The notes: generated from the letters alone by a model not told the origin. DNA of 64,000 nucleotides from Vicinamibacteria bacterium (GCA_963555995.3 OY821641.1:864001-928000); one strand, 5' to 3'. Positions 51,056 to 59,682 are shown, counted from the stretch's first letter. A program made the numbers and translations.

Positions 51056-51323
51056 TGGAGCGCCGGCTTCAGCCGGCACCCGCTGCGCGGAGCGCAGCGG
51101 ACTGCACGACGGAGGCCCGCGCGATGGCGTTCGACCCCTGGTCCATCACCGCAAACAGCGCGACGACGTCCGCGGGCCTTTGGCCCGCGGTGCCGGCTGA
51201 AGCCGGCGTTCCAAGCCGTTTCCGCCACAACGCCACACGGATTGGCGCAACGCGATGCGGCCACGTAACACCGGGAGTGTCGCCCGCTGTGCGGGCGATG
51301 CCGGTCTGAAGACCGGCGCTCCC
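51056..51323. repeat. REPIN (51056-51213) plus a solo REP (~51300-51323)
   Basis: TGGAGCGCCGGCTTCAGCCGGC...GCCGGCTGAAGCCGGCGTTCCA, then GCCGGTCTGAAGACCGGCGCTCCC. Confidence 0.8.
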
Positions 51324-51360
51324 CCCTGGCGCCGGTCGCGCGGATGGATAATCCCGGTTG

Positions 51361-52665
51361 ATGACTCGGGACGTGCTTTCCGAACTGCTGCGGGACGGGG
51401 AGAACTCCGGGGTGGAGTTCAAGCGGGACAGCGTGACGCCGGAGAAGCTCGCCCGGGAGATGGCGGCGCTGCTGAACCTCGAAGGCGGGGTGATCCTGCT
51501 GGGGGTCGAGGACGACGGCGCGGTCTCCGGGCTCCGGCGCGATCCGAAGAAACGCGAGGAATGGGTGATGGAGGTGGCCAGGACCCATCTCCGCCCGGGC
51601 GTCATTCCCTTCTGGGAGACCAGCGAGATGCCGGACGGCAACGTCGTCGGGGTGATCTCCCTGCCCGCCGACGCCCCCGACAAGCCGTACAAGGCGAAGC
51701 GCGGCTCGGCGTGGATGACGCAGGTGCGGGTGGGCACGACGACCCGCGACGCCAGCGACGACGAGGAGATGCGCCTCTACGCGCAGTCCCGGCGGCTGCT
51801 CTATGACCACAAGCCGGTTCCGGGCGCGATGCTCGACGACTACGACATGCGGCGGCTCACCAACTACTTCCGCGACATCCGGCAGCAGGAATGTCCGGAA
51901 CTCGCAGACCTCGAGGGCTGGTCGCGGTTGCTTGTGAACGTCGATCTCGCCTTCGAGGATCGCGGCCGGGCGCTTCCCAGCGTCGGTGGACTGCTGCTGT
52001 TCGGCAAGGACCCCAATCGGTGTCTTCCCCAGGCAGGTATTACCGCCGTCGCGTTCGGCGGGGTCGAGAAGGACTACGACATCAAGGCGCGCGCGTTCCT
52101 GCGCGGTCCGCTGGTTTCGCTGTTCGCTCCGGACGACGATCCGTACCGGGGCCGCTACCCGAAGCTCGCGAGATCCTTTTCCGAGCCGGCGGCGGTCATC
52201 GAGGTCGGAGTGATCGAGAAGGCGCTCGACTTCGTGGCGCGGGCGACCGACGTGGAGGGTTTCGTGGACCGAACCGGACGCCGCCGGGAGCGCTGGGACT
52301 ATCCGCTGGATGCGGTGCGCGAAGCGGTCGTGAACGCTGTCGCCCACCGGGACTACACCATCGGCGGGACGGACATCGAACTGGCGATCTACCCGGATCG
52401 CCTGGAGGTCATTTCGCCGGGCCGGCTACCGAACACGGCGACCGTGGAGAAGCTGCGCCTCGGATACCGGTCTCTTCGGAACGACGTGATCCGCGATTTG
52501 CTGACCGCCTACGGTTACATCGAGGCGCTCGGCCTCGGCATTCCGCGCAAGATCATTGCGGGGATGCACGATCACAACGGCACCGATCCGGATCTGATCG
52601 AGGAGGAGAGCCGCTTCATCGTGCGCCTTTGGAAGGAGCGCGAGTCCCACGGCGACCGAGGTTGA
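51361..52665 (+). CDS. Schlafen/AlbA_2 domain plus HATPase_c_4 (RecG C-terminal-like) protein
   Basis: GENSGVEFKRD, A.LLN.EGG.ILLGVEDDG, REAVVNAVAHRDY, DRLEVISPG.LP, RN and E.LG.GI motifs. Confidence 0.88.
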   Translation: MTRDVLSELLRDGENSGVEFKRDSVTPEKLAREMAALLNLEGGVILLGVEDDGAVSGLRRDPKKREEWVMEVARTHLRPGVIPFWETSEMPDGNVVGVISLPADAPDKPYKAKRGSAWMTQVRVGTTTRDASDDEEMRLYAQSRRLLYDHKPVPGAMLDDYDMRRLTNYFRDIRQQECPELADLEGWSRLLVNVDLAFEDRGRALPSVGGLLLFGKDPNRCLPQAGITAVAFGGVEKDYDIKARAFLRGPLVSLFAPDDDPYRGRYPKLARSFSEPAAVIEVGVIEKALDFVARATDVEGFVDRTGRRRERWDYPLDAVREAVVNAVAHRDYTIGGTDIELAIYPDRLEVISPGRLPNTATVEKLRLGYRSLRNDVIRDLLTAYGYIEALGLGIPRKIIAGMHDHNGTDPDLIEEESRFIVRLWKERESHGDRG

Positions 52666-52732
52666 GGAACCAGCGGAACGGATCGAGGCGCCATCGGATC
52701 GCGGATCGCGGCATCCGTCGTCGCGGCGGCCG

Positions 52733-53186
52733 GGCTGCGCGACCTTCATCTGGGGGACGTTAGGATTGCCGCGTGGGTCGCTTGGACCCTGATGCTTCCG
52801 CGCCGTGCGGAACGGACACCTTGATGCTTGACGATTCCATGAACCCGGAGGGGTTCGATGGCCGGCAACCGGCTGGAGGAAGTGTGAAGAGGAAAGACTG
52901 GATTCCGTTCGTTTCGCTCGGAGTCTTCATGGCGGTGATGAACCTCACCATCGCAGGGTTCGGTTTCGAGCGGATCAACCGGATCGAGGTCCGGATAGAC
53001 CGGCTCGATGCCCGCATAGACCGGATCGAGGCGCGGATCGAGGCACGCATGGATCGCCTCGAGGACAAACTGAGCGCTCTGGAACAGCGGGTCTCCCGGA
53101 TCGAGGGCGTCCTGAGGATCCGGCTCGACCCGACCGAGCCGCCCGCGGACGGTGTCTCCGGCGCGCCACCGGAGTAGCGGCGCCCC
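52733..53186 (+). repeat. Direct repeat copy 1 (promoter, leader and small ORF) upstream of the LD-carboxypeptidase
   Basis: Near-identical to 54249-54686 across the leader and TM-coding part. Confidence 0.9.
52884..53177 (+). CDS. Small TM plus coiled-coil protein, copy 1 (97 aa)
   Basis: GGAGGA SD then GTG; hydrophobic WIPFVSLGVFMAVMNLTIAGFGF, heptads RIDRLDA/RIDRIEA and VSRIEG. Confidence 0.75.
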   Translation: MKRKDWIPFVSLGVFMAVMNLTIAGFGFERINRIEVRIDRLDARIDRIEARIEARMDRLEDKLSALEQRVSRIEGVLRIRLDPTEPPADGVSGAPPE

Positions 53187-54207
53187 CCGGCTCACCCGGC
53201 GTGCCGCGATGGGGCTCCTCGGCGGCGCGTTGTCGGCCCCGCTGGCGGTGGCGCGAGTTGCGCAACCGGACCTCATCCGGCCGCCGCGTATCCGGCCCGG
53301 CGACGTGTTCGGCATCGTCAGCCCCGCCACCGCCGCCTTCGAGACCGACCCGACCGAGATCTTCGCGGACGCCTTCCGGGCGGTCGGGCTCGAACCGCGG
53401 CTCGGGTCGAACTACTACCGGCGGCGCGGCTACTTCGCCGGGAGCGACGCCGAGCGGGCGGCGGACATCATGGAGTTCTTCGCCGACTCCGAGGTGAAAG
53501 GCGTCTTCGCCCGGGGCGGCTGGGGGTCGGCGCGCGTCCTGCCGCACCTCGACTACGGCGTGATCCGGGCGAATCCCAAGGTCCTGCTCGGCTACAGCGA
53601 CGCCACCGCGCTCCTCACCGGGGTCCACGCGAAGACGGGGCTGATCGTCATGCACGGCCCCGGGCCGGGGAACCGCTTCTCGACCGAACACTTCCGCCGG
53701 ACCCTGATGGAAGGCGAAGCGGACCTGCTGGAGAACCCGGTAGGGGACCCCGGGAACCACATCGTGCCGCGGGAGCACCGGGTCCGCACCATCACCGGCG
53801 GGCGGGTGACGGGACCGCTGCTCGGCGGCAACCTGACGGTGCTGACCGCGATCATGGGGTCGGAGTACCTGCCGGACTTCACCGGCTCGATCCTCTTCCT
53901 CGAGGACGTGGACGAGGCGGTGTACCGGGTGGACCGGATGCTGACCACCCTGAAGCTCGCCGGGGTGCTGGACCGGATCGCGGGGTTCATCTTCGGGCGC
54001 TGCACGGACTGCGACCCGGGATCGGGGTTCGGCTCGCTCACCCTGGAGCAGGTGCTCGAGGACCACATCGCTCCGCTCGGCATCCCGGCCTTCCGGGGGA
54101 GCATGATCGGTCACATCCCCGAGCAGTTCACGCTTCCCATCGGGGGCCGCGCGGAAATGGACGCCGACCACGGCACGATTCGCCTCCTCGAGCCCGCCGT
54201 CGGGTAA
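53152..54207 (+). CDS. S66-family LD-carboxypeptidase (LdcA/MccF-like) with Tat-like signal
   Basis: LTRRAAMGLLG, GIVSPA, AGSD.ERA.D, RGGWGS.R, GYSDAT (nucleophile Ser), GGNL, LFLEDV.E and GH...Q..LPIG. Confidence 0.92.
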   Translation: MSPARHRSSGAPRLTRRAAMGLLGGALSAPLAVARVAQPDLIRPPRIRPGDVFGIVSPATAAFETDPTEIFADAFRAVGLEPRLGSNYYRRRGYFAGSDAERAADIMEFFADSEVKGVFARGGWGSARVLPHLDYGVIRANPKVLLGYSDATALLTGVHAKTGLIVMHGPGPGNRFSTEHFRRTLMEGEADLLENPVGDPGNHIVPREHRVRTITGGRVTGPLLGGNLTVLTAIMGSEYLPDFTGSILFLEDVDEAVYRVDRMLTTLKLAGVLDRIAGFIFGRCTDCDPGSGFGSLTLEQVLEDHIAPLGIPAFRGSMIGHIPEQFTLPIGGRAEMDADHGTIRLLEPAVG

Positions 54208-54248
54208 GGCTGCCCCCCAACCGGTTCCGCCGGCGGCGTCTTCCGGAC

Positions 54249-54686
54249 GGCTGCGCGGCCTTCACCCGCGGGTGGTGAGGTTAGGATTGCCGGGTGGGTC
54301 GCTTGGACCCTGACGCTTCCGCGCCGTGCGGAACGGACACCTTGATGCTTGACGATTCCATGAACCCGGAGGGGTTCGATGGCCGGCAACCGGCTGGAGG
54401 AAGCGTGAAGAGGAAAGACTGGATTCCGTTCGTTTCGCTCGGAGTCTTCATGGCGGTGATGAACCTCACCATCGCAGGGTTCGGTTTTGAGCGGATCAAC
54501 CGGCTCGAGGCCCGGATGGACCGGATCGAGGCGCGCATGGACCGCCTGGAGGAAAGGCTGAGCGCCCTGGAACAGCGGGTCTCCCGGATCGAGGGCGTCC
54601 TGATGATCCGCGTGGGTCCGACCGAGCCGGATCCCGCGCCGCCCGCGGACGGCGCCTCCGGCGCGCCACCGGAATAGCGGCGCCCG
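54249..54686 (+). repeat. Direct repeat copy 2, downstream of the LD-carboxypeptidase
   Basis: See 52733-53186. Confidence 0.9.
54405..54677 (+). CDS. Small TM plus coiled-coil protein, copy 2 (90 aa)
   Basis: Same N-terminus as copy 1 with a shorter coiled coil. Confidence 0.75.
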   Translation: MKRKDWIPFVSLGVFMAVMNLTIAGFGFERINRLEARMDRIEARMDRLEERLSALEQRVSRIEGVLMIRVGPTEPDPAPPADGASGAPPE

Positions 54687-54754
54687 CCGTTCCACCGGCG
54701 GGCCGGCCCACCGGGAGGGCTGACCAGCGGTTCACGCCGACTCGGCGCGTTGTC

Positions 54755-54791
54755 TTGACAGAACGATATAACTAGGGTTATAGTTATATTG
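54755..54791 (+). promoter_or_regulatory. Sigma70 promoter with overlapping ArsR operator palindrome
   Basis: TTGACA (54755-54760), N18, TATAGT (54779-54784); inverted repeat ATATAACTA-N6-TAGTTATAT in a locally AT-rich patch. Confidence 0.85.
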
Positions 54792-54793
54792 TC

Positions 54794-55180
54794 ATGACGA
54801 CAACGGCCCCGCTCAACGAGGAACTCGCGGCGACGAGTCTGGGGGCGCTCGGGAACCCGACGCGCCTGCGGCTCTACCGGCTGCTGGTAAGGGCCGGACC
54901 GTCCGGTCTCCCCGTGGGGACGCTCGTCCGGACGCTCGGCGCGCCGGCTTCCACGCTCGCCCACCACCTCGCCTGCCTGACCCGGGCCGGCCTCGTGGAG
55001 CAGGAGCAGCGGGGACGGGAGGTGCGTTCGCGTCCCGATTTCGCCGCCATGACCCGGCTCATGGACTTTCTGACCGCCGAATGCTGCACGGGTGCGCCTT
55101 CGGCCCCCGCGACGGAGGAAACCGACGGTGTCCCGACTGCAACTTGCCCTGAATGTGACGAACCTCGAGAAGGCGATTGA
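54794..55180 (+). CDS. arsR: ArsR/SmtB-family repressor (C-terminal CC type)
   Basis: ALGNPTRLRLYRLLV.AG..G..VG, STLAHHL..L..AGLV and FLTAECC. Confidence 0.9.
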   Translation: MTTTAPLNEELAATSLGALGNPTRLRLYRLLVRAGPSGLPVGTLVRTLGAPASTLAHHLACLTRAGLVEQEQRGREVRSRPDFAAMTRLMDFLTAECCTGAPSAPATEETDGVPTATCPECDEPREGD

Positions 55181-55568
55181 CTTCTACTCGCGGATGTTCG
55201 CGACCGCGCCGGCGAAGGTGAAGCCCGGCTACGCGAACTTCGCCATCAGCGACCCGCCGCTGAAACTCGTGCTCTTCGAGGGTTCGGAGGGGGCGACGAT
55301 CAACCACCTGGGCGTGGAGGTGGAGGCGACCCGGCAGGTGCGGGCGGCCGAGGGACGGCTGCGGGAGTCGGGGCTCGAGACGACCGGAGTGGAGGACACC
55401 GTGTGCTGCTACGCGGAGAAGACGGAAACCTGGGTGACCGATCCGGACGGGGCGCGCTGGGAGTGGTACGTGAAGTCGCGGGACGCGGAGCGGTTGCAGA
55501 ATGTGGTGATTTCGGCGGACGGGGCCGACGTGGGGGCGGACATCGCGAAACAGACCTGCTGTACCTGA
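55128..55568 (+). CDS. ArsI/CadI-family VOC metalloenzyme
   Basis: SRLQLALNV, KPGYANF...DPPLKLVL, NHLGVEV and CCYA...TWV.DPDG..WE.Y (vicinal Cys pair). Confidence 0.9.
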   Translation: MSRLQLALNVTNLEKAIDFYSRMFATAPAKVKPGYANFAISDPPLKLVLFEGSEGATINHLGVEVEATRQVRAAEGRLRESGLETTGVEDTVCCYAEKTETWVTDPDGARWEWYVKSRDAERLQNVVISADGADVGADIAKQTCCT

Positions 55569-55570
55569 CG

Positions 55571-56285
55571 GCGCACCCCGCCGGGCATGAAAGCGGCGGG
55601 AACGGCTGGGAGCGCCGCTCTTCAGAGCGGCACAGCGGGCCGAAGGCGCGCGGATGTCGTATCGCTGTCTGCGGGGATGAACGGACAGCAGAGCACCACC
55701 GCGCCGCTCGACATGGCGCCGTGCGCTGCGCTATCGCGCAGCGCGTGCCGGTCTGCCGTTGTGAACGGCCCCACCGGGAGAAACCCCCATGTGCGTGTCC
55801 TGTTGCGCACCCCACCGGGCATGAAGACGGCGGGAACGGCTGGGAGCGCCGCTCTTCAGAGCGGCACAGCGGGCCGAAGGCGCGCGGATGTCGTATCGCT
55901 GTCTGCGGGGATGAACGGACAGCAGAGCACCGCCGCGCCGCTCGACATGGCGCCGTGCGCTGCGCTATCGCGCAGCGCGTGCCGGTCTGCCGTTGTGAAC
56001 GGCCCCACCGGGAGAAACCCCCATGTGCGTGTCCTGTTGCGCACCCCGCCGGGCATGAAAGCGGCGGGAACGGCTGGGAGCGCCGCTCTTCAGAGCGGCA
56101 CAGCGGGCCGAAGGCGCGCGGATGTCGTATCGCTGTCTGCGGGGATGAACGGACAGCAGAGCACCGCCGCGCCGCTCGACATGGCGCCGTGCGCTGCGCT
56201 ATCGCGCAGCGCGTGCCGGTCTGAAGACCGGCGCTCCCAGCCAGCGGCGCAACGGATGCTGGTTGCATTTTCACAGCAACTGCTA
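55571..56285. repeat. Triplicated 234-bp REPIN-derived tandem repeat
   Basis: Units start at 55571, 55805 and 56039. Each opens with GGGAGCGCCGCTCTTCAGAGCGGC; only the last has the full closing REP (56215-56238). Confidence 0.9.
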
Positions 56286-57698
56286 GGCCCGTGCTTCTAC
56301 AGCGAGTTCGATGCGGTGCGGAAGCGCCGGCTGCCCCGGAGCGCGGGCGACGTTCGCGGTTGACGGGAGGCGTTGGCGAAGGACGGCCAGCACGTCCGGC
56401 CAATCTTTCTCGTGGGAACGCGCTTCGACCCGAGCGGTGTCCGTGATTTCGGCGGCGAGGGACTGGAGGGCGCCTTCGACCCGGTCGAGCACGAAGTGGG
56501 TCTGCGCCCGGACGTGGTCGCCGCCGATGGGGCGGCCGCGATGGGTGGGGGTGACCCCGGCAATCCGGATTTCGTTCCCGGCGCGGACCGCTTCCGCGAA
56601 ACCCGCCTCCGGGTCCAGTTCCACTCCGCGCGCCGTTTCCCGCACCGCGTAGGGCGCCGGGAAGTGGGTGACGTGGTGGTGGAGGTCTCCCGATGCGGTC
56701 AGGTAGGGCGGCCTCCGGTATTCGTCCCCGCAGTCGCCGGGAATCGGGTCGAGCCCGGCCTGCGCCTCGGCGAGTTCCGCGCGGGACCGCTCGTCGAGCG
56801 CGAAGTCGAAGAGCCGCAGGTTGTCCGCGACGTGGGTCCGTTCCCCGGGACGGGCTCCGACGATCACCCCGGCCACCGCCGGCGCTTCCAGCACGTGGCG
56901 CGCGGCCACGTTGGCGATGGACACGCCGTAGTGGTCCGCGACCCGGCGCGCGGCGCGCAGCACCGCCTGGAAGCGGTCCCAGCCGCCCGCCTGGTCCATG
57001 AAGCGGCGGTATTTCATCTGCGACCAGGTGAGCGCATCGTCCATCGGAGGTTCCGGAGCGTCGAGCCAGCGGTCGCTCAGCAGCCCCCCGGCCAGCGTCC
57101 CGTACGCCAGCAGGCCGACGCCGTGGCGCCCGCAGACCTCGGTCATCCGCCCCGCGGCCCGGCGGTCCACCAGCGAGTAGCAGACCTGGTTCGAGACGAG
57201 GGGGATGCCGCTCCGGAGCGCGAGATCGAGATGGACCGCGTCGAAGTTGGTGACCCCGAGGTGACGGATCCGGCCCGAATCCCGGATCTCCATCAGGTGG
57301 AACAGGCAGTCCAGCCAGCCGGGGTGGGGATAGCTCCACGCGTGGAACTGGAGGAGGTCGAGGCGCTCCGTTCCGATCCGGTCGAGCGATCGCCGGACCG
57401 CGTCTTCCACCTCCGGGCGGGAGGCGACCCCGGGCTCGGGCACCCACTTGGTGAACACCCGAACTTCGGGACGGCGTCGGTGCAGGGCGCCGGCGATCAG
57501 CTCCGCCGAGCCGTAGTGGTCGGCGACGTCGAACGTGGCGAAGCCGGCGTCCACCGCGGGTTCGAGCGCCCGGGCCGCCCCCTCCGTTTCGAGCGCGGTC
57601 CCGCCCCGCTCCTGGTCGGCGACCTGCCAGAGCCCGGTCAGGACCCGGGAGACCTCCAGCCCGGCGGCCAGCCGGGCGCGCTCCACCGGCCCGCTCAC
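56283..57698 (-). CDS. Aldo/keto reductase fused to a C-terminal RidA/YjgF-like domain
   Basis: GLWQ, FDVADHYG.AE, FTKW, DLLQFH, GVTNFD, SNQV.YSL.DRR and YGTLAGG; tail AVRAGN.I.IAG...AQT.FVLD..E.AL. Start at GTG 57698. Confidence 0.85.
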   Translation of the reverse strand: MSGPVERARLAAGLEVSRVLTGLWQVADQERGGTALETEGAARALEPAVDAGFATFDVADHYGSAELIAGALHRRRPEVRVFTKWVPEPGVASRPEVEDAVRRSLDRIGTERLDLLQFHAWSYPHPGWLDCLFHLMEIRDSGRIRHLGVTNFDAVHLDLALRSGIPLVSNQVCYSLVDRRAAGRMTEVCGRHGVGLLAYGTLAGGLLSDRWLDAPEPPMDDALTWSQMKYRRFMDQAGGWDRFQAVLRAARRVADHYGVSIANVAARHVLEAPAVAGVIVGARPGERTHVADNLRLFDFALDERSRAELAEAQAGLDPIPGDCGDEYRRPPYLTASGDLHHHVTHFPAPYAVRETARGVELDPEAGFAEAVRAGNEIRIAGVTPTHRGRPIGGDHVRAQTHFVLDRVEGALQSLAAEITDTARVEARSHEKDWPDVLAVLRQRLPSTANVARAPGQPALPHRIELAVEARA

Positions 57699-59200
57699 TC
57701 GGGCGGCAGGCTTCGGAACAGGCGGTCGGTGTCCACCCCGCGCCGCCGGAGCCGCCCCATCTCCCGGAGGTAGATCAGCGAGGCGATCCCCATCACGAGC
57801 AGCCACACCCAGGTCGAGTGGAAGTACCAGGCGGCCGTCTCGGTGGTGAGGTCCTTGACGATGTGGAGGACCAGGAACAGTCCGAGAATCGCCGCGCCCC
57901 CGCCGCCCACGAGCACCTGCGCGGGCCTCCCCAGCACCTTCACGCCGGCGGCGAGGTCCGGGTTGCGTCGGGGCAGGGTGACCAGCGAGAGGCAGATGAG
58001 CCCGAAGTTGACGAGCATCGACGTCACCAGGATGTCGATCCCCAGGAAGAAGTCGCCCGCGAGGTGGCTCCCCAGGATCCCCACCGTCGCCATCGTTCCG
58101 CTCAGCAGGATCGCCACCCAGGGGGTGTGGAAGCTCCGGTGGACGGCGGCCACCCCCTTGGGGAAGATGCCGTCCTCGGCCCAGGCGAACATCATGCGGG
58201 AGACGGCGAGCAGCATCGCGGGGAGGTCGTTGATGAGCGCCACCGCGGCCCCGGCGAGGATCGCGGCGGTGCCGGCCGCCGGGAGCAGGTAGCCGAGCAG
58301 TCCCGGCGCGGTCACGTCGCGGAGGGCCGCTTCTTCGGCGACGAACTGCCACGGCACGGCGTGGTACATCGCGGCGGTGAACAGGAAGTAGAACCCGCCG
58401 ACCGAAGCGATGGCGATCCCGATGGCCAGCGGGATGTTGCGGCCGGGGTTCTTCGCCTCGCCGCCCGCCTGCGCGATCGAGTCGAACCCGATGAAGGTGG
58501 AAAAGAGCACCACCGCGGCGGCCACGAACGGGACGAGCTGGAGCGGCGTGGCCGGCGCGTCCGGGACCGACCGGCCCTCGCTCGCCAGCAGCGCGGCGGC
58601 GAAGTCCCCGTGGTCGAAGGCGAAGCCGCTGACGATCACCACCCCGCCCAGCGCGAACATCAGGAACATCATGGGGACGAGGGTCCGCTCGTAGAGCTTC
58701 AGTCCCCGCACGTTCACCAGCACGAAGGTCCAGAGGAAGGCGATCGAGATGCCGACCCGCACCGGGCCGCGCTCGAGGGCGCCGGCGACCGCGGCGTAGC
58801 CGAGCGCGCCGGCCATGTCGCGGATGAAGGGAACGAGCAGGTACGACACCACGCCGATGGCGATGGACAGCCCGAACCACTGGGAGAAGCTGGCGATGAA
58901 CCCCCACCAGGGGCTGAGCGCGCGGCTCGCGTACACGTAGCTGCCCCCGGCGCGGGGCATCGCCGATCCCAGGCTGCCGTAGGCGAGCGCCGCGAGCACC
59001 GCCGGGAGCGCGGCGAAGAGGTAGGCCGGCAGGACGTATGGGCCGATGTCCGGAAGGCCGCGCAGCAGCATGAACGGCATCACGTTGATCGCCGCCCCCA
59101 GCATCGAGCAGATCCCGGTGGCGGCGAGCCCCATGAGCCCGAGGTTCCGCGCCAGCCCGGTGGCGGAACGCGCTGCTCCTTCCCGGCGCCCGTTCGTCAT
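57695..59200 (-). CDS. APC-family amino acid permease
   Basis: LARNLG, LGAAI, PRAGGSYVY, FIGFD...GGEAKNP.RNIP, SR..FAWAEDG.FP and about 12 TM helices. Confidence 0.92.
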   Translation of the reverse strand: MTNGRREGAARSATGLARNLGLMGLAATGICSMLGAAINVMPFMLLRGLPDIGPYVLPAYLFAALPAVLAALAYGSLGSAMPRAGGSYVYASRALSPWWGFIASFSQWFGLSIAIGVVSYLLVPFIRDMAGALGYAAVAGALERGPVRVGISIAFLWTFVLVNVRGLKLYERTLVPMMFLMFALGGVVIVSGFAFDHGDFAAALLASEGRSVPDAPATPLQLVPFVAAAVVLFSTFIGFDSIAQAGGEAKNPGRNIPLAIGIAIASVGGFYFLFTAAMYHAVPWQFVAEEAALRDVTAPGLLGYLLPAAGTAAILAGAAVALINDLPAMLLAVSRMMFAWAEDGIFPKGVAAVHRSFHTPWVAILLSGTMATVGILGSHLAGDFFLGIDILVTSMLVNFGLICLSLVTLPRRNPDLAAGVKVLGRPAQVLVGGGGAAILGLFLVLHIVKDLTTETAAWYFHSTWVWLLVMGIASLIYLREMGRLRRRGVDTDRLFRSLPPE

Positions 59201-59239
59201 TTCCCGCTCACCATATCGCCGAACCGCGCTCCCGTGGCG

Positions 59240-59610
59240 CTCCGGTGGTTTGCGGTGCAAATGCAGTCCCGCGAGTCCGCGTCGGAGCGCCGGCCTCCGG
59301 CCGGCATCGCGCGGCAGCGCGAAACCCGCGCATGATGGAGTTCTCCTGCACACCCCGCCGGTCCTGAAAACGGCAGAGACGGCTGGGAGCGCCGGTCTTC
59401 AGACCGGCACAGCGGGCCGAAGGCCCGCGGATGTCGTGTCGCTGTCGGCGGTGATGAACCGGGAGCAGAGCGCCACCGCGCCGGCCACCGTCGTGCCGTG
59501 CGCTGCGCTGTCGCGGAGCGCGTGCCGGTCTGAAGACCGGCGCTCCCAGCCGGCGGCGCGACCCACGCTGGTTGACCCTTCGCCCAGACTGCACCTTCAC
59601 AGCAGACCCG
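59240..59610. repeat. REP (GCCGGCCTCCGGCCGGC) plus REPIN (59385-59547) with conserved flank
   Basis: Same spacer and the same ~60-bp flank as the 30.1, 36.3 and 56.2 kb copies. Confidence 0.8.
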
Positions 59611-59682
59611 CGCTGAGGGCGCTCCTCCCCGTGAACGCGGCCAGTCTCTTGACGCCCTTCGCCGCGGGAAGCGCGGCTCCTC

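Noticed and set aside
52773-52830. Hammerhead ribozyme in the duplicated leader (CTGATG followed by a stem)
   Set aside because: It lacks the CUGANGA...GAAA core (it reads CTGATGC/CTGACGC...GGAAC). Kept only as an unclassified structured leader.
55403-56363. Repetitive ORFs across the 234-bp repeats, and ORFs through the REP clusters at 30.1, 36.3, 40.6 and 59.3 kb
   Set aside because: They are translations of non-coding palindromic repeats; the same peptide strings appear in several frames and on both strands.
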